Numbered from the stretch's first letter, positions 49,124 through 62,348 are shown. The stretch: DNA of 64,000 nt from Acidiferrobacter sp. (GCA_035530915.1 DATKTV010000037.1:8039-72038), one strand, 5' to 3'. A program made the numbers and translations. Notes: generated by a model not told the origin, from the sequence alone.

Positions 49124-50500
49124 ATGAGAATTCTTCTGGTAAGCCCCTACGAGATCGGACGGCAGCCCTTTTCTTTGGCCCACCCGGCGGCGCTTTTGCG
49201 GGCGCGCGGCCATAGCGTGGTAATGGCCGACCTCACCTTGGGCTCGCTGCCCTGGGAGGACCTCAGCGAATTTGCCCTGATCGGCATCGCCCTTGGCATG
49301 CATACCGCCACCCGGATAGCCGCCAACCTCCTGCCACAGGTACGCGCCCGGGCCAAGGCCGCACACCTGGTGTGTTATGGGGTATATGGGCCGCCGAACG
49401 CCCAGGCCCTCAAAGAAGCGGGGGTCGACACGGTTTTGGGTCCGGAGTTCGAAGGCGAGTTGCTTGCGCTTGTGGCCATGCTTGCGGGGACCGAAGAGGC
49501 CGTTCGCCGCATCGAGTTTGTGGTTCCAGACCGGGTGGGCCTGCCGGGCCTTGGGCGTTACGCCCACCTCGTGCTTCCCGACGGCGGGCGCAAGACCGTG
49601 GGCTTTGTAGAGGCCTCGCGCGGCTGCAAATACCTCTGCCGGCATTGCCCCATCGTGCCGGTATACGAAGGCCGCTTTCGGGCGATCCCAAGGGAGGCGG
49701 TGATCGCCGATGCCGAGCAACAAGTAGCGCTCGGGGCTACCCATTTCTCGTTTGGGGATCCAGACTTTCTGAATGGGCCAACGCATGCGCTACGGATATT
49801 GAAGACCATGCATACGCGGTGGCCCGAGATCACCTTCGATGCCACGATCAAGATCTCGCACATCCTGGCCCACAAAGACCTTATTCCGCTGCTGCGCGAG
49901 TATGGTTGCCTCTTTATCACGAGCGCCGCCGAATCATTTGACAATACGGTCTTGGGCCTGCTCGACAAGGGACACACCGGCGACGATATCGAGCGGGCAG
50001 TTGCCATCACGCGGACATCGCGCATCGCGCTCACACCGACCTTCGTGCCCTTTACGCCTTGGACCACACTGGATAACTATCTGGAGCTGCTCACACGGGT
50101 GCGCGATGCAGGCCTGATTAACAGCGTGACCCCCGTTCAGTTAGTCATTCGCCTGCTGGTGCCTGAGGGCTCCTATCTCTTGCGGTTGCCCGGCTTTCGC
50201 GAAAGGCTACAGCCCTTTTCAGGAGAGCTTCTCGGTTATCCCTGGGTAAACGCAGACCCCCTGGTAGACGCCCTGCAGGCCAAGGCCCAGCGCTGGATCG
50301 AGAAGGCCGATCGCGAGGGGTGTTCGCGGTTCGAGGCGTTCGCAGGCCTTTGGTCCCTGGCGCACGAGGCTGCCGGTAGGCGTATGCCAAAACTAAACCC
50401 TGATATGGCCGGATCGGTAAGTCCCCACCTCTCCGAACCCTGGTACTGTTGCGCGGAACCCACCACCGCACAGCTAGCGGCCGTCGCGGTCGGTGGGTAG
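49124..50500 (+). CDS. B12-binding-domain radical SAM protein with CCAEP C-terminal tail
   Basis: Start moved to MRILLVSPYE (ATG at 49124), because the listed ORF start overlaps tRNA-Phe. EASRGCKYLCRHCP (CxxxCxxC). C-terminal ...EPWYCCAEPT. Confidence 0.8.
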   Translation: MRILLVSPYEIGRQPFSLAHPAALLRARGHSVVMADLTLGSLPWEDLSEFALIGIALGMHTATRIAANLLPQVRARAKAAHLVCYGVYGPPNAQALKEAGVDTVLGPEFEGELLALVAMLAGTEEAVRRIEFVVPDRVGLPGLGRYAHLVLPDGGRKTVGFVEASRGCKYLCRHCPIVPVYEGRFRAIPREAVIADAEQQVALGATHFSFGDPDFLNGPTHALRILKTMHTRWPEITFDATIKISHILAHKDLIPLLREYGCLFITSAAESFDNTVLGLLDKGHTGDDIERAVAITRTSRIALTPTFVPFTPWTTLDNYLELLTRVRDAGLINSVTPVQLVIRLLVPEGSYLLRLPGFRERLQPFSGELLGYPWVNADPLVDALQAKAQRWIEKADREGCSRFEAFAGLWSLAHEAAGRRMPKLNPDMAGSVSPHLSEPWYCCAEPTTAQLAAVAVGG

Positions 50501-50562
50501 GTTCGAGCAGCGAATGCAGCCCTGCTAGGCCATTGGGTCGTGGGCTAGCCGCAGGCCCTCGG

Positions 50563-50838
50563 CTACTTGCTCCCTGTGGGCTTAAATCCCTCGGGGGCAG
50601 TCGATCCCTCCCCAAAGAAGTAACCCTCCATCTCCTTTTCCAGGAACTGTCGCGCCTTGGGATCCAGGGGGCTTAGACGATACTCGTTAATGAGCATCGT
50701 CTGGTGGGCCAACCACTGCGCCCAGGCCTCTTTGGACACGTTTTCATAAATCCGCTTACCGAGGTCGCCTGGGTAGGTTGGGTAATCGAGCCCAGCGGCC
50801 TCTTTTTTGAGCTTCACACACACCACGGTTCGACTCAT
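50563..50838 (-). CDS. yggX: oxidative-damage protection / Fe(2+)-trafficking protein
   Basis: [18 protein letters not shown]...[16 protein letters not shown]...[10 protein letters not shown] closely parallels E. coli YggX. 4-nt overlap with mutY, the usual mutY-yggX arrangement. Confidence 0.9.
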   Translation of the reverse strand: MSRTVVCVKLKKEAAGLDYPTYPGDLGKRIYENVSKEAWAQWLAHQTMLINEYRLSPLDPKARQFLEKEMEGYFFGEGSTAPEGFKPTGSK

Positions 50839-51848
50839 ATGATCTCCATAAAGTGATTGAGCAGGCGCCAGATCGGGGCCGGCATACCGGGCCGCGCCCC
50901 GTGTCTTTTATACCACATCATATCGCTGTTCTCGGATACGCGGCAGGTCACCGAGCCAAGCGCTACCGGTACCGGGACAATAGATAGCGCAAAGTGCGTA
51001 AACACGTGTCGTCGTGGCGGACACGGGGCCGCCGGGTGGCCACCGATACCGAGAGACGCCAAGCGCTGCGGTAGCTCGGCGAGCGTAGGGCATTCCGGGA
51101 GGCTCCAGAGACCACCCCAGATGCCGTGTGGGGGCCGGCGCACAAGCAAGACCTTCTGGGCTCGGTCATGGACGATCGCCATGACTACGGTGCGTTCTGG
51201 CCGCACGCGTTTTAGTGGCGGGGGCTCACTGCCATCGTAGGCGCAGCTGCGCGCCACGGGGCAAGCCCCACAATCGGGCGTCCGCCGGCAAACAAGCGCC
51301 CCCAGGTCCATGATGGCCTGTGTATACACGCCGGCGCCCTTAAGCGGCGTGTGGGCCTGGGCGTAATCCCACAGCTGTCGGGTCGTGGTCGCATCCCGGC
51401 CACGTAAGCCATGAAAGCGCCCGAGCACGCGGCGCGCATTGGCATCCAGGATGGGTGCCGATATCCCGAACGCGAAGGCGAGAATCGCGCCAGCAGTCGA
51501 GGGCCCAACCCCGGGGAGCGCGGTCCATGCCGCGAGCGTTCGCGGAAAGACGCCGCCATGCCGGGCCATCACCAACCGCGCGCTCGCGTGAAGGTTGCGG
51601 GCGCGCGCGTAATAGCCAAGGCCTGCCCACAGCGCCAACACGTCATCTAAGGGGGCTTCGGCCAATGCGGCGACCGAGGGGAAGCGGGCCCGAAACCGTT
51701 CGAAATAGGGGACTACGGTGGCCACAGTGGTTTGCTGGAGCATGATCTCGGCAAGCCAGCGGAGGTAGGGGTCACAGACCTGCCAGGGCAGATCGTGACG
51801 CCCGTGGCGCTCGTGCCAGGCCAACAAAGGTGCGCTAAAGTCTGTCAT
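50835..51848 (-). CDS. mutY: A/G-specific adenine DNA glycosylase
   Basis: [19 protein letters not shown], an HhH-GPD region, and an Fe-S loop [16 protein letters not shown]. Confidence 0.9.
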   Translation of the reverse strand: MTDFSAPLLAWHERHGRHDLPWQVCDPYLRWLAEIMLQQTTVATVVPYFERFRARFPSVAALAEAPLDDVLALWAGLGYYARARNLHASARLVMARHGGVFPRTLAAWTALPGVGPSTAGAILAFAFGISAPILDANARRVLGRFHGLRGRDATTTRQLWDYAQAHTPLKGAGVYTQAIMDLGALVCRRTPDCGACPVARSCAYDGSEPPPLKRVRPERTVVMAIVHDRAQKVLLVRRPPHGIWGGLWSLPECPTLAELPQRLASLGIGGHPAAPCPPRRHVFTHFALSIVPVPVALGSVTCRVSENSDMMWYKRHGARPGMPAPIWRLLNHFMEII

Positions 51849-51853
51849 GGAGC

Positions 51854-53731
51854 TCAGTGGATACCGAGCAGCTGCTCTAGGTGGCCGCGCAGGTGTTTGA
51901 GGGCCGGGCGCAGACCATTATGTCCGGAGTTCTTGAGGAGCCGATTCAGCGACACGCTCACCTGGACATGGCCCACGGGACCTTGTGCGCGCACCGGGAT
52001 GATGAGCCCGCTGGGCAGCGTCACATTGATAAGATAATCGATGGTCCTGGTCGGCAGTATCACCGTCCCATGGCCAGACGCCACCAGGCGTGCGGCGTGG
52101 ACGGTGAGCCTTTGCATGGCCATAGCGCCGTGGTCGATGGTGGCGCTTGCATGGAGATCGGAGAAGGCCGTTCCCTGGACCCGGTTGGCGCGCCGTGAGC
52201 CCATCGCCGCCGTGGGGTTGCGGGCAATCGCATCGAGATCTAGGCCGCGCAACACGCCGTGCCGTAAGGAGCCGCTTAACCGCCCGGTAAGGCTGCGCTC
52301 GACTGCGGGAAGCGCCACGCCAGACCCGTGCAGCGCGGCTGTGGCGTCGAGGCGCCCAGAGAGTTCGGGGAACAAGCCGAGGGCCCGCAAAAGGGCGCCG
52401 GCGCGCACTTGGTGGAGCCGGGCCTGTGAGCGCCAAACCAGCGGTGATGACCCAGTATCGGCGGTCAGTGCCCCGGTAAGCGTGCCGCCGTAAAGGTTGG
52501 CGGTCAGCGGTCGCAGGCGTACGCGCCCATCCCGCGAGTCGAGGGTTGCCGCCACATGGGTCAGCATGAGGCCGTGGACGGTGAGGCTTGCGATCGTGAT
52601 AGTGCCGCGAAGCGACAAGTGGAACGGGGCGGGGGCCGAGCCGCGACCCACAACCGCTGGCGGGGCTTGGGTGGGCGCGGGCGCAGGCGCCGGGAAATAG
52701 TCGGCGGGCACCAAATCGCCTAGCGCTAGGTTGATCTGAAAGAGGGGCGGGTGGCCGGTGCGCAGGATGCTGCCGGTGATCGTCGTGTCATCGATCTTCA
52801 AGCGCAGCGGGGCCAGTTGGAGGCGCTGCGGAGTCAAACGAAACGTGATGTCGCCGGCGGCGGCGTGAAGGGCGCGGGAATCACGCGGACGGTAATGGAG
52901 ACCGAGGGCCGCCAAAAGCGGGCGGGGGGCGAAGGAAGGAACCCGCAGGTGGCCGCGGACCACGAACGCGTTCGGACCTCGCTCTACATGGATGACGCCC
53001 ACCGCATGGAGAGTAGCGATCGAGAGGCGAAAGGGGTCTAGAGCCGCGCCATTGTCTGTGCGACGGACGCGTGTCTTGATATGAAACGCGATCGGCACGC
53101 GGCCGCCGGCCCGCAGCCGGCCCGCCACGGTGACCACAATCGGCTGGTGGGGCCGGATCGCCCCAGACCGAACGGTAAGGTGGGTCAGGGCAGCGTCGGT
53201 GGCGGTGCGTGCATCGCGGTAATCGATGCTGGCGTTTTTTATAGTAATCCCGGCGACACGCAGCAACGTAAACGCCGGGGCCTTGGCCGCTGGCCGGGCG
53301 GCAGCGTGGTCGGGTGCGGCTGCGGGGCGTTGGCCGGCAAGGCCCGCCCAGTTCTCGCGCCCGGCCTTATTCACGCGCAAATGGAGGGCGAGCCCGGTCA
53401 ATACGATGCGGCGCAATACGATGCGGCGCCGAAAGAGCGGCAGGAACCGGACCTCAATGACTGCATCCTTTACATGGGCGAGCGGGGCCTGCCCAAAACC
53501 TGGGGCGTTACCGATGGTGGCCCCGCGCAAGTGGATCCCCAACCAGGGATAAAGGGTAAGAGTCAGTTTCCGGATGGTAATGGATCGGCCGGTGGCGTGA
53601 CTTAAGGTGGCCGCGATGTCGGCCTTGACCCTATTTAAGGCAACGATGCCGGGAAGAACGGCAACGCCTGCAATCACGAGAAGGATGGAGAGGCTCGCGA
53701 CAACAACTAGAGTGCGGGTCAGCTTTTTCAC
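51854..53731 (-). CDS. AsmA-family outer-membrane biogenesis protein
   Basis: 625 aa. N-terminal anchor MKKLTRTLVVVASLSILLVIAGVAVL, then a long beta-rich, low-complexity body typical of AsmA-like proteins. Confidence 0.7.
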   Translation of the reverse strand: MKKLTRTLVVVASLSILLVIAGVAVLPGIVALNRVKADIAATLSHATGRSITIRKLTLTLYPWLGIHLRGATIGNAPGFGQAPLAHVKDAVIEVRFLPLFRRRIVLRRIVLTGLALHLRVNKAGRENWAGLAGQRPAAAPDHAAARPAAKAPAFTLLRVAGITIKNASIDYRDARTATDAALTHLTVRSGAIRPHQPIVVTVAGRLRAGGRVPIAFHIKTRVRRTDNGAALDPFRLSIATLHAVGVIHVERGPNAFVVRGHLRVPSFAPRPLLAALGLHYRPRDSRALHAAAGDITFRLTPQRLQLAPLRLKIDDTTITGSILRTGHPPLFQINLALGDLVPADYFPAPAPAPTQAPPAVVGRGSAPAPFHLSLRGTITIASLTVHGLMLTHVAATLDSRDGRVRLRPLTANLYGGTLTGALTADTGSSPLVWRSQARLHQVRAGALLRALGLFPELSGRLDATAALHGSGVALPAVERSLTGRLSGSLRHGVLRGLDLDAIARNPTAAMGSRRANRVQGTAFSDLHASATIDHGAMAMQRLTVHAARLVASGHGTVILPTRTIDYLINVTLPSGLIIPVRAQGPVGHVQVSVSLNRLLKNSGHNGLRPALKHLRGHLEQLLGIH

Positions 53732-53805
53732 GGACTAGCCTTCGGTTATCCCGCCCGCACAAGACGCGTGGGCTACGATTTGCAGCGGCGGATTTTTGGG
53801 TTAAG

Positions 53806-53879
53806 TGGAGCGGGTGAAGGGAATCGAACCCTCACTATCAGCTTGGGAAGCTGAAGTTCTACCATTGAACTACACCCGC
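53806..53879 (-). tRNA. tRNA-Gly (CCC)
   Basis: The reverse complement reads GCGGGTGTAGTTCAATGGTAGAACTTCAGCTTCCCAAGCTGATAGTGAGGGTTCGATTCCCTTCACCCGCTCCA. 74 nt, anticodon loop TTCCCAA. Confidence 0.95.
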
Positions 53880-53941
53880 GTAGCACCTGGGCCAAAGACG
53901 CCATACAATATACAACCATCACAGGAATTGCACCATTGCGT

Positions 53942-54142
53942 ATGCGGATATATGTGAACGGGAGCGAGCAGGTGCTAGCGGAACCCAAGGCGCTCGCAAC
54001 GCTACTAGAGGAAATGGGTCTCGCCGGAAAGCGGGTAGCGGTCGAGGTCAACCGGGAAATCGTTCCCCGCACCCGGCACGCCCTGCATTTTGTGCAAGAC
54101 GGCGACCACGTTGAGGTTGTTCAGGCTATCGGGGGCGGATAA
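53942..54142 (+). CDS. thiS: sulfur-carrier protein ThiS
   Basis: 66 aa, MRIYVNG...VVQAIGGG* with a C-terminal Gly-Gly. Its stop overlaps the thiG start by 1 nt. Confidence 0.9.
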   Translation: MRIYVNGSEQVLAEPKALATLLEEMGLAGKRVAVEVNREIVPRTRHALHFVQDGDHVEVVQAIGGG

Positions 54143-54933
54143 TGGTGGAAGATACAAAGGACCTATGGCAGGTCGCAGGTCGCGCGTTCAAGTCGCGACT
54201 TTTGGTCGGCACCGGCAAATACAAGGACCTCGAGGAAACGCGGTTGGCGATCGCAGCGAGCGGTGCCGAGATCGTGACCGTCGCGGTACGCCGCACGAAT
54301 ATCGGCCAAAACCCGGGGGAGCCGAACCTGCTGGATATTCTGCCGCCTGATCGCTACACCATCCTCCCCAATACCGCCGGCTGTTACACGGCCGAGGAGG
54401 CCGTGCGAACGTGTCGGCTCGCGCGCGAGCTGCTAGATGGGCATAACCTGGTAAAGCTCGAGGTGCTAGGCGACAAGCAGAACCTGTTCCCGGATATGGC
54501 CGAGACCATTAAGGCCGCGGAGACCCTTATAACGGATGGCTTTGATGTCATGGTCTACACCACCGATGACCCGGTTGCGGCGCGCCACCTGCAGGCGCTG
54601 GGCTGTGCGGCGATCATGCCGCTCGCCGCACCCATAGGCTCTGGGCTTGGTATCCGCAATCCCTTTAATATTCGCCTCATTATTGAACAGGCCTCGGTTC
54701 CGATACTCGTGGACGCAGGCGTGGGGACGGCCTCGGACGCAGCTGTTGCCATGGAGCTCGGCTGCGACGGCGTCCTTATGAATACCGCGATCGCGGCGGC
54801 CCGGAACCCCATACTGATGGCTCAGGCCATGCGCAAGGCCGTCGAGGCCGGCAGAGAGGCATATCTGGCCGGGCGCATGCCCCGACGGTTGAGCGGCGAC
54901 CCGTCTTCGCCGCTCGCCGGCCTTATTGTGTGA
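54142..54933 (+). CDS. thiG: thiazole synthase
   Basis: [17 protein letters not shown], and [12 protein letters not shown] with [14 protein letters not shown], typical of ThiG. Confidence 0.95.
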   Translation: MVEDTKDLWQVAGRAFKSRLLVGTGKYKDLEETRLAIAASGAEIVTVAVRRTNIGQNPGEPNLLDILPPDRYTILPNTAGCYTAEEAVRTCRLARELLDGHNLVKLEVLGDKQNLFPDMAETIKAAETLITDGFDVMVYTTDDPVAARHLQALGCAAIMPLAAPIGSGLGIRNPFNIRLIIEQASVPILVDAGVGTASDAAVAMELGCDGVLMNTAIAAARNPILMAQAMRKAVEAGREAYLAGRMPRRLSGDPSSPLAGLIV

Positions 54934-55592
54934 GCACTACAGCCCCGGAACCTCGCCGGATACGCAGTTATGTCCGCCGCGAGCGGCCGCTAAAGGCGGC
55001 GGCTGTGGCGAGCTACGAGGCGCTGTGGCCGCGTTTTGGGGTTGCTGCGCAATGGTGGCCAAAGCTTCCGAGGAACGGTCGTGGATTAGTTATAGATATT
55101 GGGTTTGGCGATGGTGAGTCCTTACTTGCCATGGCCGAGGCCGACCCCGCGCGCGACTATGTGGGTATTGAGATGTACCGCACCGGGATTGTGAAGGTCC
55201 TGCGTGCCATCGAGGCGGGCGGCTTGACGAATGTGCGGCTGATCCAGGCCGACGCCAAGAATGTGCTGGCGAGTATCGGCGATGGGTGCCTAGACGCCGT
55301 GCTGATTTTTTTCCCCGACCCTTGGCCTAAGGCCCGCCACCATAAGCGCCGGTTGGTGAGCGCGGCGTTCCTAGGTGAGATCGCGCGGGTCCTGCGCGGT
55401 GGCGGGCTCTTTCATATGGCCACGGATTGGGAAAACTACGCAGATGAGGTCGCGTTGATCATAGGCGCGCATCCGGACTTTGTGCACATAGATGGGGAAG
55501 GCCGGGGAGCGCGGCCGATGACGAAGTTTGAGCGTCGCGGGCATCGCCTTGGCCACGCGTCCTATGATCTGCGGTTTACCAAGGTGCGTTAA
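54930..55592 (+). CDS. trmB: tRNA (guanine46-N7)-methyltransferase
   Basis: [13 protein letters not shown] motif and the [15 protein letters not shown] signature. Confidence 0.9.
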   Translation: MSTTAPEPRRIRSYVRRERPLKAAAVASYEALWPRFGVAAQWWPKLPRNGRGLVIDIGFGDGESLLAMAEADPARDYVGIEMYRTGIVKVLRAIEAGGLTNVRLIQADAKNVLASIGDGCLDAVLIFFPDPWPKARHHKRRLVSAAFLGEIARVLRGGGLFHMATDWENYADEVALIIGAHPDFVHIDGEGRGARPMTKFERRGHRLGHASYDLRFTKVR

Positions 55593-55816
55593 TCCGCAAA
55601 CCGCACCAAGTCCAAGCGGGCGCGATGACGCCGGCCTGCACCACCCTCGAATCGCAAAAACTCCTCACCGCCGATGGTCTCCAGGGTGAGCGCCGTGACC
55701 CGTTCTTCCCGCAAGATCGAGTCTTCGTGCCACCGGAGTTTAAGCTTGGCGCCGGTGATGATGGCGCGCTCCAGCTGATCATATAAGGCACAAGCGATCG
55801 GTTGATAAGCGTCCAT
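55589..55816 (-). CDS. rof: Rho-binding antiterminator Rof-like protein
   Basis: Start set at MDAYQPIACALYDQLE (ATG at 55816), parallel to E. coli Rof ..YQPINCDDYDNLE. The upstream part of the listed ORF overlaps gyrB and is Arg/Pro-rich. Confidence 0.7.
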   Translation of the reverse strand: MDAYQPIACALYDQLERAIITGAKLKLRWHEDSILREERVTALTLETIGGEEFLRFEGGAGRRHRARLDLVRFAD

Positions 55817-55830
55817 GGGAACGGGTCCGA

Positions 55831-58293
<2,463 letters not shown>

Positions 58294-59343
58294 TTAAGAC
58301 TGGTGGAGGCAACCATGTTCCACGTGGAACATGGTTGCTGAGGAGGGGAGGTCGTCACGCTCGATAGCGGTCACTAGGGCCTGGACCTCGCTCGTTGATA
58401 GTTCCTCATAGAAGGCGTGGCGGCGCTCGCTGTCTAACTCCGCGGCCAGATCGTCCACCAAGACCAATGGTTCCTTGCCTGCTGCCTGCACCGCTTGGGC
58501 CAGTGCCAGCCGCCACGCATTAATAATGACCTTTTGTTGGCCGTGAGAGGCCACTTGTTGAATGGGCCTGCCGCCTAAAAGGAAGCGAATATCGGACCGG
58601 TGCGGTCCTAGCTGGGTGTAGCCTAACCGCTCATCTCCGAGATGAGCCTGACTTAACGCCTCCATAAAGGATTTGCCTTGCCACCCTGGATAAAGAACCA
58701 TCTCCACCGGTATGGTTAAACGGAGTCTCGCCGCTAAACGCTGAAACGGCTCCTGGAGGGCCTTTTGGTTCACAGACCAGAATCCCGCTAATACCTCACC
58801 TGTTTGGCACAATCCCGGATCAAACATCCGATAAGTGGCATCTTTATTCCTCAACGCCATGTTTCGTTGCTTTAACACGCGCTGATACCGGCGCCAGGTA
58901 TCCAAAAACAAAGGTTCCACGTGGAACAATAGCCAGTGCATAGTGGTTCTGCGAACCTGAGCATCTTGCAGCGCGGCGTAGTGGGATTCCGGACTAAATA
59001 CTAAAATCGGGAGCTGTTCATATACCCGGATTGTTGATCGCACGGCCTCGTCATTTAATAACCAGACCCGGGCCTGCGGACTTCGTTCATAAACCAGGGT
59101 TCCGGCGCTAAGCGCCTTCCCAAACCCGACTCTCACCCTTAACCGCTTCGCGTTATACGCGATCGCCGCGCGGCTGCTCCCAGAGCGTAGTGCTCGCCCC
59201 GTCGCAGCCAACACGACTGCCTCTAACAAGCTGGTCTTGCCGGCCCCATTTTCGCCGACAACCACATTAACCCTTTCCGATGGCTCCCATACACACTTCT
59301 CTAGGCAACGGAGATCTTCTATCTCCAAGGCCCTGATCGCCAT
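58294..59343 (-). CDS. recF: DNA replication and repair protein RecF
   Basis: Start at MAIRALEIEDLRCLE (ATG at 59343). Walker A GENGAGKTSLLEA. Position between dnaN and gyrB. Confidence 0.9.
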   Translation of the reverse strand: MAIRALEIEDLRCLEKCVWEPSERVNVVVGENGAGKTSLLEAVVLAATGRALRSGSSRAAIAYNAKRLRVRVGFGKALSAGTLVYERSPQARVWLLNDEAVRSTIRVYEQLPILVFSPESHYAALQDAQVRRTTMHWLLFHVEPLFLDTWRRYQRVLKQRNMALRNKDATYRMFDPGLCQTGEVLAGFWSVNQKALQEPFQRLAARLRLTIPVEMVLYPGWQGKSFMEALSQAHLGDERLGYTQLGPHRSDIRFLLGGRPIQQVASHGQQKVIINAWRLALAQAVQAAGKEPLVLVDDLAAELDSERRHAFYEELSTSEVQALVTAIERDDLPSSATMFHVEHGCLHQS

Positions 59344-59345
59344 CT

Positions 59346-60452
59346 CTACAAACGCATCGGCATAACAACGTAAACTACACCTTCCTCCGCCGCTGCGGGC
59401 TTTAACCGGCAACCACTATTACTATCGTTCCAACCCAACTCCACTTGGGCGCTGCTCATGGCGCTGATCGCCTCTATTAAATATCCCACGTTAAACCCAA
59501 CCTCAAACTCAGGCGCGCTTACCTCAAGCTCGAGTTCCTCTACTGCCTCGTCACGTTCAGGGTTGCTGGCACTAGCAATTAATTGCGTCTTATTAAATTC
59601 CAATCGAATCCCCCGAAACTTTTCCGTCGACACAATTCCGACTCGCGTCAACATTTCGCGTAGCGCCTCCCGAGGCAGTAGCACCACTTCTTTCACGCTA
59701 GCCGGCACCACGCGGTTATAATCGGGGAACCGCCCATCAATCAGTTTCGAGGTAAAAATCAGCTTATCTTGACGCACTTGAATATGGTTGCCCGAAAGCC
59801 TTACCTCCACATCCCCTTCTTCGCTACCTAAAAATCGCGCCATTTCCGCGACACCCTTCCGTGGCACGATGACCTGTTTTTCTATCACGTTGTCGCCGGA
59901 TAGCGCTACCGTGCACATAGCCAACCGATGTCCATCCGCCCCCACCGCCTTTAAGCTTCCCGGTAAGGTCTCGAACATCAACCCGTTCAGATAATACCTA
60001 ACATCCTGCTGCGCCATGCAAAACTGCGTCTTTTCAATCACCCGGTGAAGCAGTGACCGATTCATTGTAAAACTCATTTCCCAAGCCTCCTCTTTTAGGC
60101 TCGGGAAGTCCTCAACGGGCAACGTACTTAACTGAAAACGGCTGCGGCCTGCGCTAATCTTGACACGATCACCATCTGTTTGGAGCCGCACCATACTTTC
60201 CGCTGGCAACGCTCTTACGATATCCAGGAGTTTGCGCCCTGGCACGGTAATCGACCCTTCTTCTCCTATGTCGGCCGCTACCATCATAACCATCTCAATT
60301 TCGAGATCGGTACCAGTTAAGGTCACCCCGCCGTCTTTTTGCGTCTGGATTAAAATATGAGAAAGCAATGGTTTCGCTTGCCGCTTCTCAACTACCCCCG
60401 CGACGATACTAAGCGCCTTTAAAAACTCTTCCCGTGAGATTGATAAATGCAT
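59346..60452 (-). CDS. dnaN: DNA polymerase III beta sliding clamp
   Basis: MHLSISREEFLKAL... with three-domain clamp length. Start at the ATG at 60452; the listed TTG at 60470 is 6 codons upstream. Confidence 0.95.
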   Translation of the reverse strand: MHLSISREEFLKALSIVAGVVEKRQAKPLLSHILIQTQKDGGVTLTGTDLEIEMVMMVAADIGEEGSITVPGRKLLDIVRALPAESMVRLQTDGDRVKISAGRSRFQLSTLPVEDFPSLKEEAWEMSFTMNRSLLHRVIEKTQFCMAQQDVRYYLNGLMFETLPGSLKAVGADGHRLAMCTVALSGDNVIEKQVIVPRKGVAEMARFLGSEEGDVEVRLSGNHIQVRQDKLIFTSKLIDGRFPDYNRVVPASVKEVVLLPREALREMLTRVGIVSTEKFRGIRLEFNKTQLIASASNPERDEAVEELELEVSAPEFEVGFNVGYLIEAISAMSSAQVELGWNDSNSGCRLKPAAAEEGVVYVVMPMRL

Positions 60453-60470
60453 GGTGGCCTCATTATCCAA

Positions 60471-60692
60471 CGTCTAGCTATTAAAGGTTTTTATATATAT
60501 TTCTAGTTATAGTTATAATAAAGGCAGCTCTTTTCTGTGTATAAGCACATTAAATCCCTTTAATTACCCTACAAAAGCTCACTAATAAAGCATGTATAAA
60601 GACCTGTGAACCCTGTGCGTAAGTGTGTGGATGAATGTGTATAAAAACACCCATTTCCAAAAACCCTATTTTTATTCTTATTTATCCACAGA
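60471..60692. promoter_or_regulatory. AT-rich dnaA-dnaN spacer with DnaA boxes (candidate oriC or part of it)
   Basis: Perfect TTATCCACA at 60682..60690. TGTGGATGA (rc TCATCCACA) at 60626..60634. TGTGTATAA (rc TTATACACA) at 60536..60544 and 60636..60644. AT-rich tract GGTTTTTATATATATTTCTAGTTATAGTTATAATAAAGG from about 60486 to 60524, in an otherwise GC-rich genome. Confidence 0.6.
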
Positions 60693-62036
60693 TCATGTCG
60701 TCAGTATCCTGGTGAGGTTAAGGTAGTCCTCTTTAAATCGACGATCAGCCTCAACTAACTCACTTACCTTCCGGCAAGCGTGGATTACTGTTGAGTGATC
60801 CCGTCCCCCAAACTCTTTGCCAATTTCCGGCAGACTGTGGTGAGTCAACTCTTTCGCTAACGCCATAGCCATCTGTCGTGGTCGCGTGACATGCCTCGAC
60901 CGACTCTTGGCACTGAGATCACAAACCCGAATCTTGAAGTATTCAGCCACCATTTTCTGGATATTCTGAATGGTCACAAGTCGCTCTTGGAACGCAAGCA
61001 GATCCTTTAGGCTCTCTGCTGCCAACGCAATATCAATAGGGCGCCCGGTAAAGTTCGCGCTCGCGATAACCCGACGTAACGCGCCTTCTAGCTCGCGAAC
61101 ATTTGACCGCACCCGTTTCGCAACGAAGAACGCGACATCTTCACTTAGCGTGATACTTTCTTGTTGGGCTTTCTTAATAAGGATGGCCACCCGCGTCTCG
61201 AGCTCAGGGGGTTCTATCGCGACCGTAAGCCCGGACCCAAATCGGGAGACCAGGCGCTCCTCGACACCCACAAATTCTTTCGGGAACCGATCAGCGGTAA
61301 TAATAATCTGCCCCTGACCCTCCAATAACGCGTTAAAGGTATGGAAAAACTCCTCTTGGGACCGCTCCTTGCCCGCAAAAAATTGGATATCATCAATCAA
61401 TAAGGCATCAAGTGATCGGTAATATCGCTTAAAATCATTAATAGCGTTATGTTGAAAGGCCTTAACCATATCCGCTACAAAGCGTTCGGAATGGACATAA
61501 GCTACCTTCGCTTCCCGCCGGTGGTTTACTAATAAGTTCCCAGCGGCCTGCATAAGGTGGGTCTTGCCGAGCCCCACACCCCCATAAATAAAAAGCGGGT
61601 TGTACGCCCCGCCGGGGTTCTCCCCGACCTGATGGGCGGCCGCGCGCGCCAATTGGTTAGATTTTCCTTCAATATGGGTTTCGAACGAGAAGTCGGGGTT
61701 TAGGCGTGAACTCTGGCTCGGTTCCCGCCGCGTCACGCTAGGAGCGGACTTGGTTGCGGCCTTGATAGGGTCAAGCCCCTTTGGTGCATGGCTACCCACC
61801 TCAATAATCACACTCACATCATCGGTCCCGCTCTGGTATTGGGCGACAAGCTCTGTGATCCGCTCGACAAAGCGGTCCTTCACCCATTCAGTCACGAACC
61901 GATTAGGGGCCAAAAGGCGCAGACAGTTTTTATTCCATTCCGCCTGCAGCGGCCTAATCCATGTATTGAACTGCTGCGCCGAAAGTTCCTCTTCGAGCCG
62001 ATCCAAACATTTTTTCCAAATGACGGGTTGACTCAC
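60693..62036 (-). CDS. dnaA: chromosomal replication initiator protein DnaA
   Basis: Walker [19 protein letters not shown], and the C-terminal DNA-binding region ...[10 protein letters not shown]. Confidence 0.97.
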   Translation of the reverse strand: MSQPVIWKKCLDRLEEELSAQQFNTWIRPLQAEWNKNCLRLLAPNRFVTEWVKDRFVERITELVAQYQSGTDDVSVIIEVGSHAPKGLDPIKAATKSAPSVTRREPSQSSRLNPDFSFETHIEGKSNQLARAAAHQVGENPGGAYNPLFIYGGVGLGKTHLMQAAGNLLVNHRREAKVAYVHSERFVADMVKAFQHNAINDFKRYYRSLDALLIDDIQFFAGKERSQEEFFHTFNALLEGQGQIIITADRFPKEFVGVEERLVSRFGSGLTVAIEPPELETRVAILIKKAQQESITLSEDVAFFVAKRVRSNVRELEGALRRVIASANFTGRPIDIALAAESLKDLLAFQERLVTIQNIQKMVAEYFKIRVCDLSAKSRSRHVTRPRQMAMALAKELTHHSLPEIGKEFGGRDHSTVIHACRKVSELVEADRRFKEDYLNLTRILTT

Positions 62037-62088
62037 GGCAGCAAAAACCAGAAGAGGGGAAGACCCGGTAGTTTAGGACGCTCCCCAG

Positions 62089-62097
62089 TTATCCACA
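62089..62097 (+). promoter_or_regulatory. consensus DnaA box upstream of dnaA
   Basis: TTATCCACA lies in the dnaA-rpmH divergent intergenic region, consistent with dnaA autoregulation. Confidence 0.6.
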
Positions 62098-62205
62098 AGA
62101 CGTTAAAAACAACTTCCCAAAAGACGGTGTCCCGGCCCATCATTGACAAACACCCCGCAAAGCCTTAGTGTTCCCGCGCTTTAGTAGTCTTTATAAAGGG
62201 TTCCC

Positions 62206-62340
62206 ATGAAAAGAACATTTCAGCCTAGCGTCTTAAAGCGTAAACGCACACACGGCTTTCGTGCCCGCATGAGTACGCCTGGGGGTCGCGCCATCCTTAA
62301 CGCGCGCCGCGCCAAGGGCCGTACCCGCCTTAGCGCCTAA
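62206..62340 (+). CDS. rpmH: 50S ribosomal protein L34
   Basis: Not in the ORF track (44 aa). Read from the sequence as [44 protein letters not shown]. Confidence 0.95.
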   Translation: MKRTFQPSVLKRKRTHGFRARMSTPGGRAILNARRAKGRTRLSA

Positions 62341-62348
62341 AGTATCCC

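Noticed and set aside
49007-49786. Long antisense or alternative-frame ORFs inside real genes (also e.g. 1201..1761, 19563..20102, 51918..52436, 53081..53605, 8700..9143)
   Set aside because: These are typical GC-rich shadow ORFs: Arg/Pro/Gly/Ala-rich, without motifs, and fully overlapped by genes with strong family signatures.
53773-54072. Listed 99-aa minus-strand ORF
   Set aside because: It overlaps tRNA-Gly and the thiS coding region and has no motif, so it is spurious.
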